This document shows, piece by piece, positions 44,090 through 58,685 of a stretch of 64,000 bases of DNA. The stretch's first letter is position 1, and every line of letters starts with the position of its first letter. Origin of the DNA: the human T2T-CHM13v2.0 reference genome, Homo sapiens; the NCBI RefSeq assembly GCF_009914755.1, contig NC_060925.1. The stretch is one strand, 5' to 3'. The notes under the pieces were generated by a model. That model searched no databases. It was not told where the DNA came from and worked only from the letters and a program-made list of their open reading frames with translations. A program made the position numbers and the translations under genes.

Positions 44090-44600
44090 AGGAACGTCTG
44101 AACTAAATAAGTATTCTTAAATTTTCTCTTAAATATCTACTTCTTTTCATCCCCCTTGCAACCATCCCAGTTTAGACCACCATTTTCTCTGTCCTGGAAA
44201 AGTCTCCCAAATGATCTCCCTGCTTCCAGGCCTGCTTCCTTCTAATCTACTCTCCACACTGCAGACACTATGAGCTTTCTAAAATTAATCTAATTATATG
44301 ACTCTATGGAGATCAAACTCAAAATCTTGTACAAGGCTTTCATGACCCTTCATAATTTGATTACATCTCTAAATTCATAATTTATTATGCTTCCTCCTAC
44401 CCCAACCTAACCTTCTTTCTTCTAAATTATATATCCTAGCCATAGTGAAGTTCTTAGTTTGGGGTATGTACCATGCTGTTGCTCATCTCTGGCCCTTTGC
44501 TTGGGTTATGCAATTTGCCTATATCTTCAGGGTTCATGCACTGTGTCTGGAGCATTTTAGTGCTCAGCAAATATTTGCTGAATGAATGGATGAATGAAAT
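44090..44600 (+). mobile_element. L2 3' remnant
   Basis: ctctccacactgcagac motif and terminal aaatatttgctgaatgaatggatgaatgaa. Confidence 0.7.
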
Positions 44601-45516
44601 AAAGGAACAGGAAGTGAGATCTGGTATCTGATATGTAGCTGAAGCCATATCTCATTATTACTACTTATAGAAAAGAGCAACCAGTTATCTTAAATCCATT
44701 AATCTGAAAGTGTTTCAATTTAGAAACACTTCGTACCATGAACACTAAATTGTTTCTGAAAATAAAGAAAATTAATTACTTTGGCATTTCTAAGTCTAGT
44801 GCCTTTTAAAAAATATATATACAAACCAACATTTGTGACACAGATAGCTAGAAGTAAGATGATGAAATCTCTACCTCTACATTAAATTAATAATAATAGT
44901 TAATAGTTAATTATGTTTTCTAATTCTAAGATAAAAGACAGATACTTGAACACTATTCCTGAGGCTTGTGTTACAACAGTTCAAACAAAGAACTCAAAAT
45001 CCCAAACCAAATGTTATGGAAAAAAAAATAAAAAATTTATAGTTTAGTTTTGAAAAATGCAATTATAAGGACCAAAATAAACATTAGGTTGTATCTACTA
45101 GGTTTCGATAGTTCTCAGAGAGGCCACCAATCTGGATGAATTTAAATGAGATAGCACCCTCTCTGAACGTTGATGTTATAGCTCCTTTTATTAGATTTAT
45201 ATTATAATGTGTTTTCTTCCTCAAATGTATAGTTTTGATGGGCTTTGTACATAAAAACAAGTCAAACAATGGCATTACTTAATGCAATGCATCTATATGT
45301 ATAAAACCCATCACAAACTTATCTCACCTTATCAGTACAATTATACATCTGGGGATACCACTGCAACTTCAAAAGGAAGCTCAGATAAAACTACAGAGAT
45401 CTCTGGGTCATGAATCACAAGTTAATATGTGAGCTTAGATCTTTTATGGGGCAAAGATGAAAAAATTAATCTAAGGTGTTACTTGAACAACATGTATTTG
45501 CATTTAGAAGGCTCCT

Positions 45517-45813
<297 letters not shown>

Positions 45814-47259
45814 GAAGACTCCCAACATATTTTTTTTTAAAGTCAGATTATGAATTCAAAACAAACAAGAATCCTTGATCCCTGCTCTAATAAGCAAGAG
45901 CAGCTCAAAAGACTCTGAAAATTTTTTCATTCTTCTTCTTGATACATTTTTTTTTTTCTGTTCCCTTGGACTCCTATCAGTGTCACAAGTGAGGTTGCTT
46001 TCTGGATTCTGACTCAATAATGTCAACTCTGATCAAAAACAGAACTTGTGAATATGGTGCGAAGTGCTTCTTACCTTCCAACTTTCAGATTGCTGGACTT
46101 AGGCCAAACGAAGATACAATCCCCTTATTAGTGACCTGCAGATGTATATTAAAAAATAACTCATATAAGAATTACATTAAAATCTGTAAGTAAAAAACCT
46201 AGGTACAATTGGAAAAACTGCTGAATTAAACCAGGAAGAAAAGTATACCTTGTGGATAATGGTTTTTACATTTAAAGAAAAGGAACTAAGAGTTTCTGTG
46301 GCTATTCATGACATTTTTCAAGATTATTAAAAGTCTCACATCCCAAGAGGAAAGGCAAAGAGCAGAATTCTCATTCCCCACCAATCCTCTCTTTACTACC
46401 TGATTATACATAAGGCACTCAAGCTCAGGAGTGCTTCTATTGGCAGCCACTGTTCAGGTAATTCCTCAAATGTCTGCAAAATAATTTCAAGTCTCTTCAC
46501 ACTCAACAGTGTCCTCAAAATTAAAAGGGGAACTAAGTAAAAACTAAACTATGATCTGACTCACTAAGATACTTCTTGTAAACTCAGTCAAAATGTCTCA
46601 AGGAAGAAAAGCTTCAGAATTAAAGAAGACAAAACAAAAAATGATGCTTCCTATAGTTGCCTCTCCCTCTTTCCTTCCACCCCTGAACTAACTTTCACAT
46701 TTCTCTTTCGTGGCCTTCATAGTGCCTTCTCTATGGTTTTCTGAAACATTTACCAACATAGTATAATTACTGCTTACCTGCTCCAGACTATAACCACCTC
46801 AGGGGAAAAACTATGTTGTTTTTTACAAATAACTCTTTTAATAAAAATAGAGAGTCCTCAATAGATAGTGGCTGGTGAGTAAGTTATTTAACAAATGTAT
46901 AGTAAAGGCACGATCACTATGTATAGTAAATTGAAATGGGACTTAGCACTGAAGAATAGCAAGAAAGAAGAATCAATAAGATGGAGAAAGGAGTGAGAGA
47001 TGGGATTTTAAAAGTAGGGTTAATATTATTGTTTCTTTGTGTTAAGTTGGTATGAGAAAAGCATAAGGTAATCATGCATGCTAATTAGTCATTCCTTCAA
47101 CAATAAACTAAAAGATTTTATACTTCATGGTCTTGCATTTCACCACTTGCACCTGACTTTAGACAACAGTTTAGTCTGCTATACAGTTAGGTCTGAGTTG
47201 AACTAAGAAATTATTATCCCTTATGTAAGTAGAATGTATTGTACATATACATACATGTA

Positions 47260-47925
47260 CAATTCATTGTCATTATTCAGATTCCATACACCTACTTGCT
47301 AACATTTATTTGTAACACAAAAACCAATACTTCCCCTGCTTTTGCAGTCATTTGCAGACATGTGTAGCCAGAGTGGTAAAAATCTGAGTAGCCTCTAACA
47401 CGTTTCCAGCTGAGCTCCAGCCAGGTGACACGGCCTTGTTTCAAGCTCTCATAGTATAAACAAGTGTATTTCTTGCAGTCTGTTTAATGCTATGAGTTTT
47501 TTGGGTTTTTTGTTTGTTTGTTTGTTTGTTTTGCATAATTGTGCTTCTGTTGGTGACTTCGCTATTTAAAATGGCCCCAAGCATAGTGCTAAAGTGCTGT
47601 CTAGTGTTCCTAACTGCAAGAAGACAGTGATGGGTCTTAAAGAGAAAATATGTGCTTTAGATAAGCTTCATTCAGGCATGAGTTATAATGCTGTTGGCCC
47701 TGAGTTCGATGTTAATGAATCAACAACAGACATTAAATAAGGTATCTTTAAACAGAATCACACACAAAACAAGGTTATGTATTGATCAGTTGATGAAGAT
47801 GAGACCTGGGGCTCAAAGAAACCTAACCCTGTATTTCCCCTACAAGCAATGGTTCAGTATTCATTGATTCAGTGTTTGAGTTGACTACATAGAACATAAC
47901 TACCATATGTAACAAGAATTAACTG
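47260..47925 (+). mobile_element. MER82-like TcMar-Tigger DNA transposon
   Basis: ctatttaaaatggccccaagcatagtgctaaagtgctgtctagtgttcctaa and other MER82 motifs. Length about 660 bp with a left TA. Confidence 0.8.
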
Positions 47926-49415
47926 GATTTATTAATTAATAATCTACCTAGTAAGGATACAGATCTGAAATGGCACATCAAAGTTTAAGTAAAAGCTGAC
48001 TCAAAAATTGGTCAAAAAGATTTAAAAAGATAAAAAAAAATTGGTCAATTTCTTCCCTATAAGGTATTAGCTATTAAAGGTAATTTTTAATTTCAGAATA
48101 AAGCTTGGCTGGAAGCAACCAGGTATACCATAGTCTAAAACCTAGATTTATAACATTGCTTTAGTACTTCTCAAGTTCTAAAGGGTAGAAAATGAGCTTT
48201 ATAAAATTGTATTTTCAGATAAAATATATCCTGATGCAACTTAATACTAAAAGCGGAATATTATTGTAAGCATTGTACATAGAGGGATAAGAACCATTTA
48301 GGAAAGCAGAAAGTCTAATTTTTGTATTGTAAATAATAAGAGGAACACATCATAGATGTAGCTTAGCTTAGTTCATTCTGAATTCATAGAAATAGTGGCA
48401 CATAGTCCATTATTAATGTGAGAAGTATCTTTAAAATGTAACTCACTCTCATGGAAAAAAGCAAGTTAAAAAATCATGAAAATGGAAGGTATTTCTATTA
48501 AGCTTATGTGTGTTAAAAAATAAAGAAGGGTTCAAAATGAAGTGTGTAGCACCTTCCTTTTATTAGTAAAAGGAACTCTGGTATATGCAACAGCTGTGAA
48601 CCTGCTGCTCAGCCCAAGAAATCAAACATTATAATGTTACCAATTACCATTAAAGCACAAAGTCCTCTTTACTACCTAAGTCTCTGCCTACCCCTCAGAA
48701 GAAATGATTCCTGAAGATTTGAGGTTGACCACTCCCCTTTATTTTAAAAATAACTTTTATCATTCACAATAAAAGATAAAAACTTTGCAAGGATGCAAAC
48801 TCTAAAATGTATATGTTTTAAAACATCACAAGTTTAAGCATGCTTCCGAGAAAGAACTAATATAATCAAGGGGTAACTGCTGATTTTACATGTAAAAATA
48901 ACTGTAATGAATGTCAACTTCTCACTGAGTCAACTAATCATTGTGCTGCCATGTATACCAGTAAGAAATTTAAAAAAATTCATCTAGAAATATAATGTAA
49001 AAGTATAAGAAACTCTTCCTACCTTCCAAACTTCAGATACAAATATTCTCTTCCTGGCTGAACTTAGATTTAATACAAATTAATTTTTAAGCACATGTAC
49101 TGTTTTGATACCTTAACTTTGTGAAAAATAAAGATCAATAGTGAGGTCCTACAAATGAGTGAGTTTCAGAGTCTTTCCATGGAGGTCACAAGTATGACTG
49201 AAGACAGTGGCAGTAAAGGAAAGAAAACTCTCATGCTGATTAAGGATCACGCATTTATTTGGTCAGTGTATTTAATCGTTGACATAATTAACACCTTTTA
49301 AAATGAGCGGGGATTTGTATTTTTTCTCATAAAGCTGATCTACTCTCCTGAAGGGAGACAGTTAAATACTTGAAAGAGGCTGAGTAACTTCCTTTTGGAT
49401 TACAATGGTCCTTAC

Positions 49416-49455
49416 CTGGTCATGCTCTGTCCTAGCCCCAGGGCTAAACCAATGG
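49416..49455 (-). CDS. GPATCH2: GPATCH2 coding exon, 40 nt (probably exon 7): (D)HWFSPGARTEHDQ
   Basis: Minus strand reads ctctaac (branch point-like) tgcctttttctttcctctgcag|CCATTGG...GACCAG|gtaagg. Phase 2 in, phase 0 out. Confidence 0.95.
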
Positions 49456-50269
49456 CTGCAGAGGAAAGAAAAAGGCAGTTAGAGGGAAGCTAACTAAAAG
49501 CACGTGCTCTCACATGATCGAGCCGCATGTGCTTTAAGAAATTTGTCACCAGCAACACAGCCTTAAATATGCTTTATTTTAATGGATGTTTCATGTAATT
49601 CTAGACTTAGACCAATTTTGACAGAACTGTAAAAGTGCTCATAACCTGGTAATTTTCAATTTAATAAGCAAACTGAGTTAGAATTACATTTCCATTTAAT
49701 TATGTTAACATAAACTGCTGGGACTGTATTCATTTTATGAATCAATTCTGGTTATAAAACCTACAAATGCTATCATTTACCACAACTTAATTATAGCATC
49801 ATTACAACACATTATGACCCTTTGATTGTTGGAGTTATAAAAAAAATGTTAAAAATACAACAATATTACATTATCTAGCTATGCCCCCAGGAGCAATACA
49901 CAAAGCCCTTGATATGAATTCTGCAGCATCAGCTGAGGTACCTTGGACCTATTCCCTCCACAGTTATAACAACCTAGATTCTGGCTGAGAATGAAGTTCA
50001 ACAACATTAAAAATATAGAAGTCACTGCATCATCAAAGCCTTGCCTTCTCACATAGCCTAGCCCAGCCCATTTTGCTTCAGCTGCCCCTGGGACTCTTAA
50101 TACCGATGTATCTGGCAATACCTTTTCCACGGGAGTTGTTAGCATTAGCTATGCGCCCAGTCCTCTGGCATTATTCTGCATAAAAAAACTAACTGTAAAC
50201 ATCAAGGACTAGGAGATTGAGAGAGGTATTACGGCAAATCAATCACTAAAGGCCCACGATCACAGGGAA

Positions 50270-50520
50270 TGATACTAACATTACTATTAATGCTATTTAT
50301 GATTTCAACAACCATAATACCAAGTACCTCTATGTACTAAGCACGTGACATGTTTTATTTCCCATCTTCATAAAATCCTTACAAGGTTAGGCTCATGTTC
50401 CAAATACAGAAATGAGGGCTCAAAATGTTAGCTTACTTGCATAAGGTGTGTTTTCACCACACCACGCTGCAGAAGGGCAAGGGGCTAGAAAGGGTTTACA
50501 TCTCCTGGGACGCTCCAAGA
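50270..50520 (-). mobile_element. MIR
   Basis: Reverse MIR core (tacagaaatgagggctcaaaatgttagcttacttgcataagg). Confidence 0.55.
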
Positions 50521-51949
50521 CTTCTTTGCATTCTCTAGCCTCTGTGGTATTAAAACCAGGAACAAACAGCCTCTACATTAATAGGCCTTGTTTAGGCCTT
50601 AATATAGAATTTCTCAAGCTCATAGATAGTGATAGTGATGCTTCTAGGCAGGTCAAATTCCACCAGTGATGGGGGAATGTACATTTATTGGTATTAGTAA
50701 ATAACACCTGGATTAATTACCAAATTAATTAATCTTTCATTGTAGTTCCTCTGACAGCTTGACTAAGATATTTCCCCTGTTTTGGATTGTGCCTTTTTTT
50801 TTTTTTATTTAAAGACAAACATTTTTCTTAAACGCATTCGCACAGTTTAAAAGAAAAAAACTAAAAGGATTAAAAACAGCAATTTCTTGTTCCATCTATC
50901 CTGACTCCTAAGCTCTGTTGAGAGACACCACTGTCAACTCTTTTAGTCTTTTCATTTTGTGTTTAATGCTATATTTCTAAAGAATATGGTTATACCAATA
51001 GCTTGTGATTCATTGATTTTAGATGTGAAGTACTGACTTTCTATTGTCAGACTTAGCTCTTTTTTAACTCCCAACCCTCTATTTCCAATTATAGCATCTT
51101 TTTGATTAATCAATTGTAAATACAGACATTATTATGACTACATGAATACTTTCTGCTACTAAGCTTTTCTTTTTGTTTCTCCTAAAGTTGATATTTGTCT
51201 TGTTTTTGCTATTTTTTCTATGTACCTGCCAGCCTTCTTAATTTTTCTAAATACCTGCCAGCCTGTCTTTATTACATTCTTATTCTTATCACTGTTAGTT
51301 TTCAAATATTAAAAAATATCTGAAAATATGCCCATCCCTTACTCCTCCCTCCTCTTCAGCCTCCAGTGATCTCCTCCCAAAGCCCTCTGTCTACTTGGTC
51401 TCACAGCTGTTGTTTTCTAGATCTGTCCTGGAACTTCCTTGGCTCTCACTGGGTGTTCACATCATTTCTCTCCTTTGCTGCACCTCTTGTTTCCTGTATC
51501 CCACAGCTTCTCAGTTCATTTCCACCTTTTGCTGAAGAACTCACTCAAATAGTGAGAATGGTTGAGAAGCGTATTGTTTGAGTTGATTTTTTCCCGCTTG
51601 TTTGTTTTCTTCTTCATATTCTTAAGTTTTCAATAGGCCAACAAAAAATGCTTATTTTTGTTGTTTGGAATGTGATCTGGATTTCTTTCCTCTGGATGCT
51701 GTTAGAAGTTTTTAATTTCTCTAGTAGTGAGCATTTTTCATTTACTGTGTTGGGTGAGACCTTGCAATCTAGAGATCTGGGTCCTCCAGTATGAGAAAAT
51801 TAGTTTTTGTTTTTTTTCTCTCTCTGGAATGCCTAATAATTAAATGTCAGATCTCCTGAGCTGATCTGTTAGTTCTTCTTATTTTTTTCCTCCTAAAATT
51901 TGTCTTTTTGTTTGCCTGCTAAGTGATTTATCAATCTTTACAAGAAATA

Positions 51950-53460
51950 TTTATTTTGAGATAATTGTAGGTTTACGTGCAGTTGGTAGAGATCCTGTGC
52001 ACCTTTATCCCGTTTCCCAAAATGATAATATTTTGCAAACTATAGTGTAACATCACAACTAAGACACTGAGACTGATACAGACTAGATACAGAACAATTT
52101 ATTACTACAACGATCCTTCATGTTGTCCTTTTATAGCCATATCCATTTCACTCCAACCCTCAATCTCCTACATTGAATCCCTGTTAACCCACTAACCCAT
52201 TCTCTATTTTTATAATTTTGTCATTTAAATAATGTTACACAAATGGTATGATACAGGATGTAACCTTTTTAGATTGGCTTTTAAACTCAGCAAAATTCTC
52301 TGAAAAGTCAGAGAAGTTGTTGCATGTATCAATAGTTTATTCCTTTTAATTCTGAGCAGTATTCCATTGCATGGGTGAACATAGTTTGTTTAACCATTCA
52401 CCTATCGGAAGACTTCTGAGTTATATCCAATTTTGGGCTATTATGAATAAAGCTGCTGTTAACCTTAGTGTAGAGGTTTTTCTATGAACAGTGTTTTTAC
52501 TTCGGTGGGATCAATGACCAAGAGTGCAATTGCTGGTTAGTATTGTAGTTACATGTTTAGTTTCATAAAACTGCCAACATTTTCCAGAATGGCTACACCA
52601 TTTTATAATCTCATCAGCAATGTATGAGTAATCCAGTTTTTCCACATCCTCATTGGCATTCGATGCTGTCACTATGTTTTACTTCAGCCAATCTGATAGA
52701 TATGTAGTGATATCTCATTGTGGTCCTAATTTGCATTTCTCTAATAGATAATGACACTAAACATCTTTTTGTGTGCTTATTTGCTATTTGTGTATCCTCC
52801 TTGGTAAAATGGATGTTCATGTTTTTTGTCCATTTTCTAACTAGATTGTTTTGCTTTTTAACTGTTTTATAACTATTACATTTTGAAAGGTCTTTATATA
52901 TTCTAGATACTAGTCTTTTGCTAGATATGTGGTTTGCAAATATTTTCTCTCAGTGTGTAGCTTCTTTTCATTCTTTCAAAGGAAATTTTCCAGAACACTA
53001 GTTTCAAATATTGTTGAAAAGACTATTCTTCCTCCATTGAACAGCTTTTGCACGTTTCTCAAAAATCCATTGACTATACGTGTGTGTGTGCGGGGGGAGC
53101 TATTTTTGGGGGTCTCTATTCTGTTACATTGATTTATGTGTCTATCCCTCTACCAATACCACACAGTCCTGAATACTGTAGCTATACAGTAAGTACTGAA
53201 ATCTGGTAGGATAATTCCTACAACTTTGTTCTTTTTAAAAAAATTGTTTTTGTGATTCAAATTCCTTTGCTTTTCCATATACATTTTAAAATAATCTTTG
53301 CTATATCTACAAAAAGTCTTGCTGGGATTTTGATAAGAATTGCATTAAACCTAATTATCAATTTGGGGAGAACTGACATCCTTACTATGTTGAATCTTCC
53401 AACCTATGAACCATGAAGTCTCTTCATTTTTGTAGATCTCTTTTGATTTCTTTCGCCATT
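51950..53460 (-). mobile_element. L1MC1/2-like 3' fragment
   Basis: tattttgagataattgtagg...gatccttcatgttgtccttttatagcc, followed by reverse ORF2 motifs. Confidence 0.8.
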
Positions 53461-54919
53461 TTAATCTCCCATTTTATTTTTCATTTCTTTCACTTTTTCT
53501 TCAAAATGTATGAAGAAAATGTTCAAATATTCAATAAAGTTAACAGCATCTTAGAATGAATACCCATATACCACTATCTAGATTCTACTATTAACATTTT
53601 ACTCTACTTGGTTTATAAATTATCTGTCTATGGCATCTTTTGATGAGCAGGTCCTTTTTTCCTGTTTGTTCCTCTCTTTATACTGAAGTCTTTCCTCAAA
53701 TATCTGGTGATCTTTACTTATCTATTCAATATTTAAAAAGCACTACAAAACTGATCAGAAGAGCTTTTTCAACAAATAAGTTTACCCACAGGATGATCAT
53801 ACAAGTGTCTCCTCATGGTGGAAACTTACAGGTTTACTATCTTGTCTATTTTTCTCATATTAGTAAATTTCTGAAGAAAAGAAAGATTTACTTTCTTGAC
53901 TGAGACATACTATTTCAGTTCCATGCCCCACCCTATTTAGAAGTTTTCAGATTTTCTAGGGCCTGTGAGGGACAAATCAGCATTTATTTCATCAGACTCT
54001 TAAGTTTATATTTATTCTACCTGCCTGTTTAGGTACAAATCTCCAAGTGCTTTCTAGCTCTAGAAATTGGCTGAAATCTCTAATCTGCTGAAGTGTTCCT
54101 TCTTTGTCATTGTGTGTTTATATCTTTTTTCTTCTTTCTAGTGGAATTTGGGTAGGAAGAATAAAAATAAATGTTCAGAGCAGCAAACAACCAAGAGACA
54201 GTGGTACCACTGAGGCCATGAAGAAACGTTTTAAGAAGGGAGTGGTCACTGGTGTTAAATATAGAGAAATCAAGTCTGACAGGAACTGAGAAAACACAAC
54301 TGGAGGGGCCACTGGTGAACTTTTCCAGAGAAGTTTCTAAAAAGTGACGTAGGAAGAAATCAGGAGTATAATATCATGGTAGGATGGAGCAGAAGGGACT
54401 ATACTGTAATCTATTCTTTCTAGAAGTTTGGCTTTCAAAGTATGAGAGACAGAAAACACATTAAAGAAAATTAAAGGGGAGGTTACAAAATGTAGTGGAT
54501 GATGAAAGAAACTTTTGGAAAGGAAAAAAAACCTTTCAATCAAAAGCACAGGTGTTATGAATTAGCCTTGGACAGGAGAAGAGAGATCTTTTCCTCTAAG
54601 TCTAAGAAAAAGGGGAGTGAAAGTATATTTGGATAAGTTTATCCAAATTTAAATAGCAGTCTTAATGAGCCTAAAGAACACAGGTAGTGAACATAAGATA
54701 AAAAAGCTGAAAGAGTATTAGGTTGTGGTAAGAAAATGGTATCATACCATTCAAAATTTCAGAGCTCTATTAGTTCTGGGTGATGGTTATATATAAGAGT
54801 AGCCAGGGGAGTTTCTCAAGTAGCAGTCAGATGAAGAACGTTGAATTCCAGGAGGAAAAAAAAAGTGTGCTAAGTGCCAGCATGTACTATTCCATCCAAC
54901 TGTTGGTCAAAGGAGTACC

Positions 54920-55115
54920 CAACATGCATTGAGCCCTTACTAAGGCAATTTAATCCTTAAACTACTCTAGGGGCAGTTATTATTACCATTCTGCAAATAA
55001 AGAAACAGGCTCAGAGAGATTAAGAGGTTTGCCAAAGACTTCATAACTAAGCAGCAGAGCGGGAATTCAGTTAGGTCTCCTGATTCCAAAGCCCACGTCC
55101 CTTCCAACCATTACA
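54920..55115 (-). mobile_element. MIR
   Basis: ccattctgcaaataaagaaacaggctcagagagattaagaggtttgccaaag. Confidence 0.7.
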
Positions 55116-55599
55116 CATGTTGCCACCAATTAGGATAGCTGAGGTTGATGCAGGAAAGAAAGACTAATTCAAGCGCCAAAGTCCTGTACGAATGAGGGCA
55201 AATAAGGAAAGGTAGATGGTAGTATGAACCTCAAACAACAAAAAAAGTTTTACCCAGGAGTAAAAAAGGAATAATCTGAAAGGGACAATGATGTTGTAGG
55301 AAAATGGTGGCCTCTGTGTCCTAGGGTTTATAGGAATGAGAGGAGGCGAATGGCGTCCTCCTTTGGGCAGCCTGTTGAACTCACCCTGGCAGATTTAGAT
55401 GCTTCCTTTTCCAATCCCAATGTCTCTGCCGATATATCCACTAAAGCTATTATATTCGTATATTGCAGTTGATTCTTTATCTTAATAATAAATCAGAGGT
55501 CCTTGAGAAAAGGATAATGATAATAACACTAACAGAAATAGTGGTAGCAGCTAGAAAATGTGGTAGAAGTAGTAATCAAAGTTGCAGTAAAAGCACTAT

Positions 55600-55790
55600 C
55601 ACCACTCTATAAGTGTTAGTTGTGTGCTGGTTATCATTCTCATGGCCATACATGAATTATCTCATTCAATTCTTACAACGATTTTATGAAATAGTCCTGT
55701 CACCATTCAAGCTCACACAGCTAGCAAGTACTGGAATCAGAATTTGAATTCAGTCTGTCTGATTCCATATCTTGTATTTTTAACCATATA
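55600..55790 (-). mobile_element. MIR
   Basis: attatctcattcaattcttacaac...cacacagctagcaagt...gaatttgaattcagtctgtctgattcca. Confidence 0.7.
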
Positions 55791-56814
55791 CTTCCCCTTC
55801 ATTTCCTTCAAGTACTATCATGTTTTGGGGGCATAATGGAAGGGTTGGTTTTCTTTTTCTTTTCTTTCTTTCTTTTTGGTGTTGCCAGAATCCAGCATAA
55901 TACATGGAAAATAAAAGTTGCTTAATAACTTTTTAGTGAAAAATGAGCAAACAAGGAAACACAGGAAGTAGCATCCTTGAAAGTCAGAGTCAAGTTTATG
56001 CAAAGGCAGAGGAAGAAAAAAATGCTCTGAAAGAGAATGGGTATTTATTTATGTGTATTTACACTGGAGCCAAGGTTCCACACGGGCTTCATGGAGAGAC
56101 TAACAGTGGTAGAAAAATCTGGGAGTAGGGAGCACAGAAGAGTTTAAAACTGATCAACTGTAAAGAATGGCTAGGCTCAGAGACACAGGCAGATTGCCTG
56201 TCCTCACAATTCATAAGGGTTGAATGTGGTTTCCAAATTCAGTTCTCCCCCTAGGACATAGACGCAGTTTAGAGAGGTCTAGGAACTAAGCGTGGCATAT
56301 TATTTCATTTAATCCTCACCGCAGCACTGCTGATAACAAGAATAGTTATCACCTATTGAGCCCTCAGTACAGTGCTCTTTCAAGTACAGTAGAGCAGTTG
56401 TGGTTGGTAACCCTGTGGAGTAGAAATAATTTTTTTTTTAAGAATGACTGGAAAATAAACCTTTAGGAAAGAAGGTTTTAAAACCAAAATCTCTGCAGAT
56501 GCAGAGTTCCACACTAATTCCTTCTCACTGTTCCTTAATTCCCCCTTTTCTCACCCACAGTGTTGAACTACAGGTAGCAGAAATGTATAGGATTTCATGG
56601 GAAGTCAATTAATATTATATGTAGACAAAAGGACAAAATCAACCTCAAGATCCTTAACTGAGGTCTCCTAAAAATGTACTTTTCAGAAGGAAAGAGCTAT
56701 TGCAACTTATAATATGGATTTTTATTGTTAGAGATAAGTTTCTGTTTTTGGAGTCAGAGGCATAATTTCATTTTAACTTAATAGTGGGGCTAATATATAT
56801 AAAATGATCTAAAT

Positions 56815-57291
<477 letters not shown>

Positions 57292-57699
57292 TCTAAGTGG
57301 ATTATCACTAAATATATGAATTAACTTTGGAAATGGTATACAGTCTTCTATACCGACAGTTTCCCTGTGAACTATAACTACTTTATTGAAGAGACTTGCA
57401 AGTATGAAAAACTATACACGAGAGAGGAGGGAGGGGGACAAAGAAGTAGAAATATATGCCAAACTCCTAACCCAATATACTATAACAGGGTTTCATAGAT
57501 TGAGATATGGAAATAAAAATTAGGGCAAGATGACAGAGTATTAAGAAGCCATGTGGCTAGGTAAGAACAGATCTTGGTAGCAGTCATAAGGAGGATGCCT
57601 TTTGGCCTTTGGGCATCCTCCTTATGATTGTCAATGTAGAAATTGACAGGGAGTTCATTCATACCAAGGGAACAATAAATAAGCAAAAGCAAACCAAAA

Positions 57700-58216
57700 C
57701 CTTAAGTGGTTTTCCAAACACTCTTAGGAGAAAGAATCTGTAACATGACCTATCAGACTTGGCATCATGTGCTCCTTGCCGAACCTTCTCTGGTCTCTTC
57801 ACATACCACATGCTTTTCCTTCCTATATTGTGCTCAATATGCTTTAGCATAAGAATCCTTTAGTTTCTTGAACACAATACGTATTACTTTCTCTGCCTGA
57901 AAAGCTCTTCTTGCCACCAGTTCACTTAGATCCTAGAGAGCTCATTAGCCGTCCCCATCTCAATGTCTAGTTCAAATTCAATTTTTACAAGTTCTTCTTT
58001 AGAGTACTTAGCTCAGTATATAATAATGCATTTATGTGTCAGCATATAATTATACATTTGTGTGTGTGCTTACTGAGTAATCTCTATTACCTCTATCACA
58101 CTGTGAGTAATGTGAGAACCACAACAACTGTGATCATGTCATCCTATTCACTACTGTACACCCGGCACCTAGTACACCCTCATAAATATCTTCTGAATGA
58201 ATGGACAAATGAATGA
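57700..58216 (+). mobile_element. L2 3' remnant
   Basis: Ends cataaatatcttctgaatgaatggacaaatgaatga. Confidence 0.65.
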
Positions 58217-58477
58217 CTTGAGATACAGGATGGAGTTTCATCAACTATGGTTGCTATGCTGTTCTATATGAAGGTAAAAGAATGAGAACACTGGGCTGTG
58301 TGATCTTTTAAGATTCCTTTGGGTTCTTATGTTCTATGGACTAGAAGACCAGGATGCTAACGGTATTCCTCACTCAATAACATGTTGTATGTAACAAAAA
58401 GTCAACTCTAAAATTATGCTCAAGAGGCCCTGCTAAACTTTATTTCTTGTATTAAACTGCTAATGTAAATTCAGGAA

Positions 58478-58685
58478 GTTCAGCCTGATGTGGTTACTAA
58501 ATCAGAAAGACCTAAGCTTGGATACAGGCTCTGGAACTTACTGGTTAGGTGAATTCTGACAAATTATTTTATTTTCTGAGTCTCAGTTTCTTCCTCATGC
58601 ATAAAATAAAATTAACCACTCTCAGTATTTGTAAGACTTAAAACAACACTAATAAATTGGCAGATGGTGTTTAAAATAAATATTA
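58478..58685 (+). mobile_element. MIR
   Basis: ggctctggaacttactggttaggtga...ttctgagtctcagtttcttcctcat. Confidence 0.6.

Noticed and set aside
44564-44581. 18-bp palindrome tcagcaaatatttgctga
   Set aside because: A variant of the quasi-palindromic L2 3' terminus.
49015-49038. 21/24 match to 46067-46090, both containing a minus-strand donor-like site
   Set aside because: A rough estimate puts such a match near chance level among all position pairs in 64 kb, and the homology does not extend.
49876-50160. 15-bp near-perfect direct repeats (tagctatgc[c/g]cccag) flanking an 88-aa ORF, resembling a TSD-bounded insertion
   Set aside because: No poly(A) or recognisable insert, and a 14/15 match within 300 bp is expected about once per window by chance.
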